Source: Balamuthia mandrillaris (taxonomy: Eukaryota). Taken from it: DNA of 64,000 nt. Below are positions 27,601 through 40,282 of this stretch, one piece after another (positions within the stretch are counted from its first letter, which is position 1; every line of letters starts with the position of its first letter). The position numbers and the translations under genes were made by a program. Under the pieces are notes generated by a model that had not been told where the DNA came from, did not search any database, and was given only the letters and a program-made list of their open reading frames with translations. The DNA lies in NCBI GenBank assembly GCA_031835245.2, contig JAVKOQ020000020.1, positions 124,001 to 188,000 of the forward strand, given 5' to 3'.

Positions 27601-28615
27601 TCCATCTTCTGTCCGGTAACGTCGCTGAAACCATTGTCATGATCATCGGCATTGTTTCTGGCCTGTATCCTCCCTTGAACTCTTTGCAAATTCTTTGGGT
27701 CAATCTTATTACAAGTAAGTCTCTCTCTCTCTCTCTCTCTCATTTATTTTTTTTTTCTCTAATCTACAACAACAAACAGGTCCACCACCAGCAATGTTAT
27801 TGGGAATAGAACCAGCCACTCCGGATTTGATGGACAAGAAAAAGCGACCTATCGGAGAGCCCACTTTCACCATCGGCACCATCGCTGACATCTTCATCTA
27901 TGGCATCATGATGGGCGGAATCTCTCTTACTGGCTTCATCATCATGCGTAAGGTCTGGGACTCCACTGTGAAAGAAGCTCAAGCCACCGCTTTCATCGCT
28001 CTCACCATCATGCTTCTTTATCACGCCTACAATTGTCGTCGTTTGAAGAGCTCCTCCTTCGATCGCACATTCCCCATTAAATGTTGGCCTTTCCATTTGA
28101 CCTTCATTCTGGGGTCACTCTCCGTGGTGCTCTCCATCTACATTCCGGGCATCAACGACGTCATCTTCAGGCAAGAAGACCCTGGATGGAGAGGATGGGC
28201 CTTGGGCGGGGGCGGCGTGGTGGCCTTTGCGATCTTCTCGGAGATCTACAAGGTGCTGCGGCGGCTGCTCCACAATCTGTGGTTTGCCAAGCAGAGCAGG
28301 ACGAAGAAGAGGAAGGAAACCAAGGTGAGGCAAAGAAAGAGCGAGATGCGAGCGAGAAGAGCTTCGTTGGTCAAAAAGGAGCAGAAGGAGGAGGCAGAAG
28401 CAACGGAGATGGAAAGCATTGTTCCTGCTGCAGCTTCGAGCAGCGCACCAGAGAGTTCTGAAGGAGAAAAAGAAGCGGAAGAACCTGGAAAGGATAAAAT
28501 GAAGACTGTGGAGGTTTCTTCCGAGGAAGAGAGTGATGCCACTAGCGAGGAAGAAAGTGAGAGTGAAGATCAGAGCCAAAGCGAAAGTGACAGTGACGCA
28601 GGGCAAAGCAACTAA
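24690..28615 (+). CDS. P-type cation ATPase, probably type IID (ENA-like Na+/K+ efflux pump), multi-exon
   Basis: LTGES actuator motif, DICSDKTGTLTQGKM phosphorylation motif, KGAPE, MLTGD, VIARCSPESKVKMV, AMTGDGVNDSPA; EYKSEKSVEALKSLSAPSA and TQGKM resemble fungal ENA pumps. Confidence 0.88.
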
Positions 28616-28817
28616 GTGCTCGTCTTGGTCCTCATCAACAATAAACATTTTTTTTTGTTAACAAAAATGGGAGGCTATCGAGGCATTCGCTCTCCCTCTT
28701 TGCTCGTGGAATGAGAGAAAAAGACAGCAAACGATAAGGAAAGAGGAACAACAAAAGAAAGAACGCTACGATTGCTTTTTTGCTTTAATGTGGATTTTAT
28801 TATTATTTTTGTGGTAT

Positions 28818-30549
28818 TTAGAAGTAACGAGCATCAGGAGGAGGAGTCTGGGCGAAAGATAGAGATAAGTTTCTTCGCGTTTAAGAGTTACAAGGAAAAA
28901 AAAAAAAGAACGTACGGGTTTGTTTTGAAGCGCTTCTTCAATCTCAGCCAAGACCTCAGGCGTCAGCTTGGGAAGCACCTGCAAGCTCTTAAAGTTCTCA
29001 ACCACTTGCTCTGCCCGTGAGGCTCCTGTGATCACTGTGCTAACATTTGGGTTCTTTGCGCACTGTTTTTTTTTTTTATTTATTTATTTTTTGGGTGTTA
29101 GTAAGACTATAATCTTTTAAAAAAGAAAAGAGAAAGAAAAGAGAAAGAAGAAACAAGTACCCAAGCGATGGCGAGTTGAGCCAAGGTGCAGTCAAGCTTC
29201 TTGGCGATGGGTTTCAATTTCTCAACTTTATCAAGGATGACATCGAGATCTTTCTCTTCCAGGCCGTTCATGCCCTCGCCGGAAAGCAATTGCTTTCTCA
29301 TCCATTCCATACTCTGCACGCCAGCAAGTCTTTTGTTTTTGTCAGCAAAAGAAGAAAAGTAATAACAGTACAGATTAATAGAAGAAAGAAGCAAAAGACA
29401 AACCGAGAGTCAGGAGGAAAGTCTTCGGGGTTCTTGCTGTACTTGCCGGTAAGAAGGCCTGAGGCCAGAGGAGACCAGATAGTGGTACCCATCTTGTGCT
29501 TCTTGTACAGAGGATCATATTCCTTCTCAAAGCGAGTGCGATGCAACCTTTTGCGCAATAGACCAAAGTTAGAAAAGAAGAAAGAAGAGAGGAGAGGGAA
29601 CATGAGGATTCAAACATGGAGTATTGAGGTTGTTCCATCAAAGGAGGAATCAAGTTGAGACGAGCAGCAACGGCATGCGCCTCTTGGATCTGCTCTGCAC
29701 TCCACTCACTGGTTCCCCAGTAGAAAACTTTGCCTTGCTCAATTAACCAGTTGCAAGCACGCACCACCTCTTCCATTGGCCTTATGTGTTTAAAAAAAAA
29801 ACCAAGGATTATTTAAAGGCTAGAAAAGAGGAGAAAATGGAGTGTAGCGTGAAGAGGAAAAGCAGAGAAAACAGAGAAGACAGAAGAGAACGAGAGAGCA
29901 GCGAAGAGGAAGATGAGAAAACAAACGTGTAAAAATCGGGTCTATGACAGAACATAAGGTCGACATAGTCCAATTGAAGGCGTTGCAAGGAGGCGTTCAT
30001 GCCTTCGATGATGTGCTTCCTCGAAAGTCCTCTCAGGTTGGGCTTCTTTCCAGCCCAAAAGATCTGTGTGTGTAGTTTTTTATTTTTTGAGTGAGAACAT
30101 GAAACAGAAAGTAAAACGAGAGAACAAGAAGAACTAGAGGAGGAACTGACCTTTGTGCTGATGACCAACTCGGAGCGAGGGATGTTGAGGCGCTTCAACA
30201 CTCTGCCCATGGTTTCTTCTGCTTTGCCGCCAGCGTACACCTTTTGTTGCATTTTTTTTTTTGATGAGTTTTGGATGAGAAAAAAAAGATGAGGGAGCAC
30301 AGAGCGAAGGGAGCGTAGAGCGAAAGAGTGAAGTGAAAGAAAAAAAAAAGTGAAGCAAGATGAGGGTGCAGCGAGTGAAGAGGCGAAAAGAACCTCAGCG
30401 TTGTCGAAAAAGTTGCAACCGGCCTCGTAGGCGGCTTTGGTGCATTGGAAGGCCACCTCGTCGTCCACCTGGTCGCCCCAAGTGACCCAAGCGCCAAGAC
30501 TCAGCGCGGACACCAACAGGCCACTGTTGCCCAAGAAGCGGTACTCCAT
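28818..30549 (-). CDS. Aldo-keto reductase, voltage-gated K+ channel beta-subunit-like (AKR6), multi-exon
   Basis: [88 protein letters not shown]. Confidence 0.92.
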
Positions 30550-31171
30550 CTTTTGTGGTTTTTTTTTTATTGTTTTTTTTTTGTGAGTGATTAGCGAGCA
30601 GAGCAAAGCGAACCGAAAAAAAAAAGAAAAGGGTAGAGACAACGCTGGCCGGAACCTGGTGTGAGCTCTCGGAAGAAGATGCCATGGCCAAAGAGATGTG
30701 GGTGTGTGTGTGAAGCAAAGAGAGGAGGTTGCTGTGTGGTTGTTGTGTTGTGTGTTTCGAGCCGCAAAAGAGCGAGCGGAGGCGTTTTTTATGGGTGAAC
30801 GGACCCACCAATGGTTTCTTTCTCGGTGAATGGACCCACCAATGGGCAAATTGGGCGCTACGAAATGGAAAAGGCCCGAAGGAGAGTTGCTCGGATTTGT
30901 CTCAAGTGGTGGTATGCGGTCCCACCAGCGCAAAGTGGAAGCCCGCCCTCCCCCTCCATTGGCCAGGGGGAATTTGTTTCCTTTCAATTTTTGCAAGCCC
31001 AGCTCTTTCATTTTCTATTTTCACTCTCTCTTTCTCTCTCTCTCTGTCTCTCTCTGTTCTCTTTGCGTCGCGTCTGTCTTTTCTCCTCTCTGCTATCATT
31101 CAATTGCTGTTGCACGCAAAAAAAAAAAATAATATGATTATAATAAAACTGCAATGAGCAGACATCTCAAC

Positions 31172-31222
<51 letters not shown>

Positions 31223-31323
31223 TCTCTCCCCTCTCTGCCTCTGCCTCTGCCTCCCACTTCTCTCTCTACTCTCCCTTTCACTCCTGCTCTTTCTGCTCCC
31301 TGCACTCTCATTCTCCTCACTCC

Positions 31324-31378
<55 letters not shown>

Positions 31379-32291
31379 TGCACATAAGGGACACTCACGT
31401 TTTTTTCCCGCCAAAACCGCTTCACGCGCCTAAAGACTCGTCCCCACCTCAAAAAAAAAACCCCATCCGGAAAAAAAAGGGGTCCCCTCCATGTCAAAGC
31501 GCTCCTCCTCCTCCAGCAACAAAAAAACTAGCAGAAAGTCGCTAGAAAAAAGAGAGAACTCTGCAAAAAAAGAGGTTTTTCCGTCATCCCACCACCCACC
31601 CAAGAAAAAACAGCAAAATAAGAAGTGGTCGTAGTGGTGTGGTGGCCAAGTCCTTTAAAAAAAAAAAAGAAAACGAAACGAATCGAAACGAAAGGCAGCG
31701 TCGAGAGGGTTACGCTGCACACCAACAAAAGAAAAACAAAACACAAAAGGTTGGTACAGCACGCTCGTTTTTTATTTTGTTGGGGAGGGGGGTCATTACG
31801 TGTTGTGTAGCGTGTAATAATGTGAAGTGAGGGAGGGGGTGGTTAATGCTTTTCGCTATTTCTTTTCGGCCCAAAAATTAAAACCAAAAAAAAAAAAAGG
31901 TTAACGGTAAACAAGAAGATCTCGAGGGGGAAGAAGAGAACGGGCCTGCATAGGGAGAGATACAAACCAAAGCTGCTTACTTCGTCGAAGCACCAAACGC
32001 ACCTCAAAGAGTACTATCTTTTGCTTTGTTTTTTTTTTGAATCGACAGACGGAAAGAAAAGAAAAGGGGGAGAAAACAAAAAAGAAGCAAGGACGAAAGG
32101 AGAAGACAAATTGGATGGGAGAAAGTGGAATAGCAAGCATAAAACTTGCCTACGAAACGACGAAAATTCGAAAGCTGGAGGAAAAGAAGAATATCAAATC
32201 CTAGAAACAAAAAGCATTTCGATTTGATTGACAACTGTATTTCCGCGGGAAGGAAAATCAAAAACACACAGAAAAGAAGAGAAGGGAAGAG

Positions 32292-32619
32292 ATGACGGAC
32301 TCGAATACGGACTTGACGGAAGAGATTCAAGAAACGCCAACGGCCAGCCCTCACCCTGCCAGCCCTTTGTCCAATGGTTCGGTCGTTGCTGGAGCTGGAG
32401 CAGCTGCTGGCAAGGCTGATGACGGTTGGGGCCAACTTAGAAACTTGCAAGCGCTCTACGAAGAAGGTTTTTTTTTTGTTGCTGCTTTTTTCCTCTCCCT
32501 GTCGCGCCTGTCTCTGATCTGTTCTGCTTTCCTTCCTCACTCATTCACATTTTTTCTTTTAAAAGTGTTCTCCCTCCCTCTCTTCCTTTCTTCTTTCTTT
32601 GGTTTCTCTGTTCTCGTTT

Positions 32620-32650
<31 letters not shown>

Positions 32651-33455
32651 CCGTGGTTTGTGTTGTTATGTTCCTTTGTTTTACGTCACGAAGAAGAAAA
32701 GCTTATGAGAGTAACATCAAAACTACAACAGGTTTTATAACAGTAACAGAATACAAGGACAGAAAATCTCAAATAGTAGATACTCTGACTGGCACAAGGT
32801 CTGTTTCTCGGCCATCCTCCGAGCGAGTTAAATTCATGGGTTTGTTTTTCTCTGTTCTCGTTTACTTCTCTCTCTCTCTCTCTCTCTCTCTCTTGCTCTC
32901 TCTCTCTCTCTCTCTCGTTCCCTTTCTCATCCACAAAAACAAAAACAAAAACAAAAACAAAAACAAAAACAAAAACAAAAACAGAAAACACAACGGTGGT
33001 GCATCGGCCGCCTCCTGATTTCTCCACAATAACAGCAGAGAAGGCCATACGATATACCTACGACCTCGAAACGCAGTCATGGTCTCAACAGGAAGTGGAA
33101 GTTAAGATTGAGAAGGAACCCTTCGCAAGAGGAGGTCTCCGCAAAGCGTATCACTTGTTGGATTTGGACTTGGCGGCCAAATACTCCGATACTTATGTGG
33201 CAAAGATGGCCATCGATCCTTGCGAAGACAGAGAAGTTTACTTTCAGGATGCGGAAATGCAGGTTTGTAGTTTTGTTATATTTTACTGTATTGGTTATTG
33301 GTTTGTTATTCACTCTTTTGCAATTTGAAAACGAAAACCAATAAGATGGAAGCGAAGCGTTGGGCTGAGCTGTTTAATTACTACAATCCGCCAAAGCGAA
33401 TAGAATTCATAGACGCTTGGCTGTTGGAGCTTGTGGATCGGCCAGGTAGACCTAT

Positions 33456-33495
<40 letters not shown>

Positions 33496-34367
33496 TCACA
33501 GCTGCGGCTCTCCTTTCTTCTCCGACTCATTTGTAACGCTTCAATGCGAATTATAAAATCATTCGCAGTTGTGGAGTGGAGAAATATGTGGCAGGACCAT
33601 ATCGGAAACACAACAATAACTTTGGATACGTAAGCGATGATGAACGAAATACTCCGCAAGGTAACCTTATCTCTGCTTCTCTTTTCCCCCTTCCCCCCCC
33701 CCCTTTTTTTTTTAATTTGCTTCTCTTTCTCCTTTTCTCTTTATTCACTTTTTTCCACTTTCTCTTTTTGCAGCATTCAGCCACTTTACGTACGAAGCCT
33801 CCAAAAAGACATTACTAATATGCGACATCCAAGGCGTGAACGACCTCTATACCGACCCACAAATACACAACGAGGACGGCATCGGTTTCGGCAAAGGCAA
33901 CTTGGGAGAGCGTGGCTTTGAGCGCTTCCTCGCTACCCATCGGTGTAACCACATCTGTCGTTACTTAAAGTTGCCAAGCATCAATGCAAAGCTTGTTGAC
34001 GCTGGCACCAAAGGTTTGTTCTTTCTTTCTTTGCATACCATTATTCCTTCTATATCGTTTCATTTTTTTTCTTCTGCTTGCTTTTCGTTTGTTCATTGCT
34101 TTATTCTCTGTTTATTTTTTGTCTCACTCCCGTTTTTTTTAAAAAGCACCCACAACGATAATGTCATACAAAAAAGTGGACGTGTTGAACGTTCATTTAG
34201 CCTCCAACCATCCTTCCTCCTCTTCCTCCACCCGTTCCTCCAACCACCCTTCCTCCTCTCTTCGGCCGTCTCGCAACTCCAAAACTCAAAAAGTCAGCGT
34301 AGAACGATCTCCTCTCTTATCCCCAACGCCCGACCACGCCGAATGCTGTACTTGTATCCTCTTTTAA
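32292..34367 (+). CDS. Alpha-kinase (MHCK/eEF2K family) with N-terminal SHOCT-like helix pair and C-terminal CaaX-like end
   Basis: PFARGGLRKAY, YVAK, VEKYVAGPYRKHNNNFG, TPQAFSHFTY, ICDIQGV, YTDPQIH, GKGNLG, HRCNHICRYLKL; LRNLQALYEEGFITVTEYKDRKSQI; ends ECCTCILF*. Confidence 0.92.
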
Positions 34368-34587
34368 TTATTTTTTTAAAACAACAAACACGTTTCTAGC
34401 TTCTCTTTTTTTTTTTTTCGTTTTTTCTTTTCTTCCTCGCCTCTTTCTCTTTCTGACTCTCTTTTTACCATTCTCATCCTTTCTCATATCCAAGCTCTTG
34501 TCTGCTCTCTCTTATCTATCGCCCTATTATAGACTTCCTTATTGAAAAGTCGTCTCACAAAAGGCCAAAAAAAAATACACATGAAGG

Positions 34588-36271
34588 ATGCAAGCCTCAC
34601 GAGCTGAACAGACGCAACGAGAGTACATCGCCATGATTGCGGGGATCCCAAGGCCCACTTTTTCCTATGTGGAGGAAGAAGACATTGACGAGGAGCTGAT
34701 ATGCCCCATTTGTCACTCCCCGTTTGTGAATCCTGTTCAGACCGTCTGTTGCCGTGTTTGTTTTTGCCAGGACTGCCTCAGCCGGACCAGTTCCTGTCCG
34801 CTCTGTCGTTACCACTTCGGGCAGAACCAAAAGTTCCAAGACACCGGGCGGTTGGTCAACAACCTTGTGAACCGGCTCCTAGTCCGTTGTTCGGATTGTG
34901 GAGCAGAATGCGAAAGGTTTGTTTTTCGTAGTTTGACATGTTCTTCTTGTTCTTCTTCATCTTGTTATTGTTCTTTTCACCCTCTCCTTCTGCTTCTCCT
35001 TCTCCTTCTGCTTCTGCTTCTGCTTCTGCTTCTCCTTCTGCTTCTCCTTCTCCTTCTCCTTCTCCTTCTCCTTCTGCTTCTGCTTCTGCTTCTGCTTCTG
35101 CTTCTGCTTCTGCTTCTGCTTCTGCTTCTGCTTCTGCTTCTGCTTCTGCTTCTGCTTCTGCTTCTGCTTCTGCTTCTGCTTCTGCTTCTGCTTCTGCTTC
35201 TGCTTCTGCTTCTGCTTCTCCTTCTGCTTCTCCTTCTCCTTCTCCTTCTCCTTCTCCTTCTCCTTCTCCTTCTCCTTCTCCTTCTCCTTCTCCTTGTTTT
35301 TCTTTCGCTACTAACTCCCCTTCACAATGTTCATTTCTTTCTTCAGAGGAGACTTTGAGGTGCATGTTGATAAACACTGCCCAGTATACTGCCCATTCGA
35401 ATGTGGCAGCCAACTGAGCCGGGCAACTCTGTTGGAGCACGAACCTGTATGCGACGGTAAATTAGTGTTCTGCATGGCGGAGGACGTTGGTTGTCAAGCC
35501 ACCATGCCCAAGAGAGACAAGCAGGAGCACGAAAGCTTCTGCCCTTTTGTTGCGCTTCGCTCCAACCTTTTAGCTATGCAAAACAGATTACACGTGCTGG
35601 AAGAACGCGTCGCTCAGCTGATCCACAACAACCAGGAACTCTTATTCATGACCACCGTCAACACCTCCTATACCAAGAAGCACCTCAGCTGCCTAACCGA
35701 CATCTTCTTTCATCACTCTCATCATTCCTCCTCTGCCAGCAGCGGTGATGGCGGCGCTGCTTCAGAAGGAGGAGATGTAATGGTGATCAGCAACGCGACC
35801 TTTTCTCATGGATACAACATCAGGCTGGATCCAGGCATGGTCTACAAGAACTGCACCTTTGAGCCGGGTTTCAAGTTCATGCATCCACCATGTTTGAAGG
35901 GGATCACCTTCATTCAGTGCAAGTTGCACGGGGCTGACTTTAGCCTCTGTGGCTCGCTGGACCAGGTCCGCTTCCAAGGCTGCCACTTGGAAATGGCGAC
36001 CTTTCACGCGTGCCGCCTCACGAACGTTTCCTTTCAAGGGGAGGAGCTCTCCTTTGGGGACATTGCCTGCACGCCTCCTCACTTGGAGATGGTGGACTGG
36101 ACTGGGGCTGTTTTGGATAATAGCAGCAGGCAGAGCGCTGAGAGGTGCGGCGCACAATTCTCGCCAAGGCCACCACCGCAGCAGCAACAGCATCAACAGC
36201 CATCGGAGCAACAAAATACTTCAAACAACAACCCTTGCTCGTTCTCTTTCTTTGGGGCCACTTCACCTTAA
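34588..36271 (+). CDS. RING + TRAF-type zinc finger + coiled coil + pentapeptide-repeat protein, paralog A
   Basis: DEELICPICHSPFVNPVQTVCCRVCFCQDC..CPLCR; intron 34917-35346; HVDKHCPVYCPFECG, HESFCPF; C-terminal repeats KLHGADFSLCGSLDQVRFQGCHLEMATFHACRLTNVSF. Confidence 0.85.
34983..35295. repeat. (CTTCTG)n/(CTTCTC)n hexamer microsatellite filling the intron of RING paralog A
   Basis: Direct reading; produces the spurious poly-Leu, AE and SA ORFs in the ORF track. Confidence 0.95.
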
Positions 36272-36398
36272 TTAACACAAACTAACAAAACAACAAAGAG
36301 GAAAGCTTTTCTTCTTCTTCTTCTTCTTCTTCTTGTTCTTCTTCTGGTTCAAACACACAAATAACAAAGTTACTGACTGCCACGTACACAACACAAAC

Positions 36399-37501
36399 AT
36401 GGAGGGACCAAGGAAAGAACGCACCGCCTTTGCGTATGTGGAGGAGGAAGCCATCGATGAAGAGCTGTTGTGTCCGATTTGTCACTCTCCTTTCCTAAAG
36501 CCCGTTCAGACTGTTTGTTGTCGGGCCTGCTTTTGTGAAGACTGCATCAGCCGCACCGCTTCCTGTCCTCTCTGTCGTCACTCCTTTGGGCTTGGGCACG
36601 GACAGAAGTTCCAAGATACTAGTCGCTTGGTGAACAACATGGTCAACCGCCTCAAAGTTCGCTGTTCGCTTTGCTCAGCCGAATGCGAAAGGTTTTCTTC
36701 AACACAAGTTTGTTCTTTTTTTTTTCTGTTGGTCTTGCTCACAGGTAACAACGCAATAGAGGAGACTTTGAGGTTCATTTGCAGAAGCAGTGCCCAGAGA
36801 AGCACTCTGCTTGCTCTGCTCACGACGTTGGATGTCAGGCTACCATGCCCCAAAAAAATAAGCAGGACCACGAGAGCGCTTGCCCTTTTGTTGCCATTCG
36901 TCCTTGTCTTCTCCGCCTGCATAACAGGATGAACAAGCTGGAAGAGGAAAAGCAGGAATTGGATGAGAGATTACTGTACCAAGGAAGAGAGCTGCAAAAC
37001 CGGATAGACAAACTAGAAAGAGACAAGTTGAGACTGGAGAACCAGTTGATAAGCGTTGCCCTCGATTCTCAACGGCAGCTTACGACACAAGCAGAGAAAC
37101 TAAGCCGCATCTTCTTTCATCACTCCCATTACTATGAAAGAAACCTTATCAGAGATACGTCATTCGCTACTGGTGATTCAGTTCTTTGGAAAGGATGGCA
37201 TTACAAAGACTGTACATTTAGCGGGAATAGTCCAGCGCCTTCCTCTTCAGCTTCGTCACCGCCTTCATTGTTGAAGAAAGGTTTTCGGTTCACGGAAAGT
37301 TTGTGTCAGGTGACGTTAGAACGTTGCGACCTTCGTGAAGCTGACTTGCGCTGGTGCCGCATACAAGACTGCACATTCCGCAAATGCAACATGGCTGGTG
37401 CAAACTTTCGTGCATGCACTCTTCTCAATGTTATATTTTCAGGGTGCGTTGGGCTTGACTTGACTGGAGCAACCTGTGATTCCTTAAGTCAAGTATTGTA
37501 A
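36399..37501 (+). CDS. RING + TRAF-type zinc finger + coiled coil + pentapeptide-repeat protein, paralog B
   Basis: DEELLCPICHSPFLKPVQTVCCRACFCEDC..CPLCR; intron about 36692-36759 at the same ECER|GDFE position; CDLREADLRWCRIQDCTFRKCNMAGANFRACTLLNVIF. Confidence 0.85.
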
Positions 37502-37587
37502 CTAGAGTATACTCTTCCTTCTTGATGGCAACTCCGTTTAAAGCACCGCACGATGCATTTTTCTTTGTTATGTTATTATGGTTCACA

Positions 37588-39318
37588 TCACTCTGATACA
37601 GCATGTTCATCACCTTCTCCTTCTTCTTCATTCCTAATTGGACACCCGTTTTCTTCCAGCCATTGTACCAGCTCCTTATGACCGCTAGCTGCTGCTAGAT
37701 CATGAGCGTTCTCGTCCCAAGGACAGCCATTCTCTCTTGCCCATCGCAATACCTCCAAGTGTCCTCCGCTTGCAGCCGTTGCGCAGGTCTGTTCATCCCA
37801 TGGGCATCCCTTCTCTCTGACCCATTGTAAAATGTTTAGATGTCCTCCCGCTGCCGCAGCGGCACACGTTGCCTCATCCCAAGGGCATCCGTTCGCATGG
37901 ACCCACTGTAACACCTCGAAATGACCTCCTGCAGCTGCACCCTCACAAGTCTCCTCGTCCCAAGGACAGCCATTCTCTCTTGCCCATTGCAATATGTCCA
38001 GGTGTCCTCGTTTGCTTGCTTCGCAGCAGGTAATCTCGTCCCAAGGACATCCGTTCTCTCTGGCCCATTTTAAAATGTCCAAACGTCCTGCTCTGCTCGC
38101 TTCGCTGCATGTCCATGGGTCCCAGGGACATCCATTCGCATGAGCCCATTTCAGGATTTCAAAACGACCGTAGAAGGCTGCTATATGGCAGACATCCGCG
38201 TCCCAGGGACATCCATTCTCACGCGCCCATTTCAGCACTTCTAAGTGGCCTCCGCTTGTTGCTTCATGGCAAGTATCCTCATCCCAAGGACAACCGTTCT
38301 CTCTGGCCCACTGCAAGGTCTCCAAGTCTCCAAAACGAGCAGCCACAAGGCAGATTCGCTCATCCCAAGGACACCCCTGTCCACGAGCCCATTTCAAGAT
38401 GTCAGGGTATCCATAACCAACTGCCATCATACAGATCTCTTCGTCTAAAGTGCATCCTTGCTCATGAGCCCATTTCAATAATTCTAAGTGGCCGTAACGA
38501 ACTGCTCCTTTGCAAGTTCTCCGGTCCCAAGGGCAGCCATTTTCTCTGGCCCATTTCAAGATTCCCAAATGGCCGCCACGAGCAGCAGCGGAACAGGTCC
38601 GCTCGTCCCACGGGCATCCGTTCTCTCTAGCCCATTGCAGTATGTCTAGGTGTCCCTCTCTGGCGGCCATCGCGCACGTTTTCTCGTCCCAAGGGCCCTT
38701 GAGCTTCTCCACGATCCACTTCAGGGCCTCCAACTGTCCATTTATGGCTGCGTTTCTGGACAACCAAACGTCCAACATAGGCCCTGGTTTCTCCTGTTCT
38801 TCTCCATCTTCTTGCTCCTTACTTGCGGGGAGCAGACCCCATTCAAGGACGTGGATCTGTCCAGCGGCAGCTGCGGAGTTCCACGCACCACCCAGAGGAC
38901 AGCTTTTCTCCTCATGAGCCCATTTGAGGATGTCCAAACGGCCAGCCAGCGCGGCATGTTCACACGTTCGTTCGTCCAAAGGACAAGGTTCCACCTGAGA
39001 ACAGATCCATTGGAGCACGTCCAAGCGGCCCAGAGAAGCTGCCCTCCAACACGTTTCTTCGTCCAGGGTGAGGCCGTTCTGTACGGCCCATTCAAGCAGC
39101 GTCACTCCTCTGCAAACTGCCCAGACAGAGAGCTCGTTGCGAAGGGAAGCCGGGCAACAAGAGTACCACCGCTTGCACGCCCGGGCCGCAATGGCGAGCG
39201 TGTCCAGAGGCACATGGTCGAAAACGAGGGAAAGCAGTTCCTCCGGCAGCACGGACTCTATCCAACAAAATGGTTCGTTGAGCCTACCGTTCTCCAGGTC
39301 CTCTGCCGTCCCTGCCAT
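37588..39318 (-). CDS. Intronless F-box + ankyrin-like (CPWD-type) repeat protein
   Basis: F-box LPEELLSLVFDHVPLDTLAIAARACKRW followed by many repeats of CPWDExTCxxAAxxGHLxxLxWARENG. Confidence 0.9.
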   Translation of the reverse strand: MAGTAEDLENGRLNEPFCWIESVLPEELLSLVFDHVPLDTLAIAARACKRWYSCCPASLRNELSVWAVCRGVTLLEWAVQNGLTLDEETCWRAASLGRLDVLQWICSQVEPCPLDERTCEHAALAGRLDILKWAHEEKSCPLGGAWNSAAAAGQIHVLEWGLLPASKEQEDGEEQEKPGPMLDVWLSRNAAINGQLEALKWIVEKLKGPWDEKTCAMAAREGHLDILQWARENGCPWDERTCSAAARGGHLGILKWARENGCPWDRRTCKGAVRYGHLELLKWAHEQGCTLDEEICMMAVGYGYPDILKWARGQGCPWDERICLVAARFGDLETLQWARENGCPWDEDTCHEATSGGHLEVLKWARENGCPWDADVCHIAAFYGRFEILKWAHANGCPWDPWTCSEASRAGRLDILKWARENGCPWDEITCCEASKRGHLDILQWARENGCPWDEETCEGAAAGGHFEVLQWVHANGCPWDEATCAAAAAGGHLNILQWVREKGCPWDEQTCATAASGGHLEVLRWARENGCPWDENAHDLAAASGHKELVQWLEENGCPIRNEEEGEGDEHAVSE

Positions 39319-39541
39319 TTTTTCCTTCTCAGTGTATCTCCGGTTAAAAAAGAAAAAGAAAAAGAAAAAGAAATATGGGTTTATATTGATTACTTAACAT
39401 CCAATGAAAAATCAGAATTGAAAAAATCAATATTATGATCTAGATTTCATGATCTGAAAATTTTGTCGACATTCGGGTATATTAGCATCATCTTTCCACC
39501 TATTAGGTGTTAATTCACTGTGCAGAAAAAAAAAAAGAAAG

Positions 39542-40255
39542 ATGAACAGAGAAGCGAGAGGCGTCAAGGTGGAAGGGAGCGACGGCTCGGACGGGAGGTA
39601 CAGGATGCAGGTGGAGCAACGATACGAGGTCCTGGCCAAGCTAAGACAACGATTTGCCAACGTTTGTCGTTGGCAGGCCATCTACTGCCTGGTCTTTGTC
39701 CTCCTCATCGCGGTTAACGTGGCCCTCAACCTCACTGCCAACCAACCTCCCAAACAAGAACAACAGCAACAACAACAAGAAGGTGTGGTATCTTCTTCTT
39801 CTTCTTCTTCTTCATCTTGTTCATTCCTTTTTTTTCCCTGTGTGATTGATCTGATATGATTACATTCTTCTGCAGACTCTTTCTCAACCTTTGTGAGCCT
39901 CTACGAGGTGCTCCTTCTCTCCACGGCCGCTTTCTACGGGTGCACCATTCCGCTCGGCCAAAGGGCCTTCAAGAAGAGCTCCCCCTCCATGCTGAGGCTC
40001 TACACCTTGCTCTCCACCGCCGCCCTCCTGCTGACCAACTTCCTGGGCGTGATCCTGCTCTTCGCTCACGACTGGTCCCCCTTCCTGGGCCGAGCCCTCC
40101 GCCAGAGCCGCATCCTGGAGAACCACGGCCTCTGGGTGGCCTTGCTGGTGGTCAGCGTGGCGGGCTGCCTGCTCTCCCTCATGGCCTCCGTGCTGGCCCG
40201 CACCTTGGCGCAGACCTTGCATGCCTCTGCTGCCCACAAGACGAAGAGAGGATGA
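39542..40255 (+). CDS. Uncharacterised multi-pass membrane protein (about 4 TM helices), 2 exons
   Basis: Hydrophobic segments AIYCLVFVLLIAVNVALNL, VSLYEVLLLSTAAFYGCTIPL, LYTLLSTAALLLTNFLGVILLFA, LWVALLVVSVAGCLLSLMASVLA; intron about 39783-39874. Confidence 0.65.
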
Positions 40256-40282
40256 TGAGCACTCAAGAAAAAAAAACTTCAT

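Noticed and set aside
30560..32280. ORFs or RNA genes in the long AKR/alpha-kinase intergenic region
   Set aside because: Low-complexity (CT)n and poly-A tracts; no coherent protein or tRNA-like structure seen
34856..35440. Poly-Leu, (AE)n and (SA)n ORFs
   Set aside because: Translations of the intronic (CTTCTG)n microsatellite; the flanking exons splice cleanly around it
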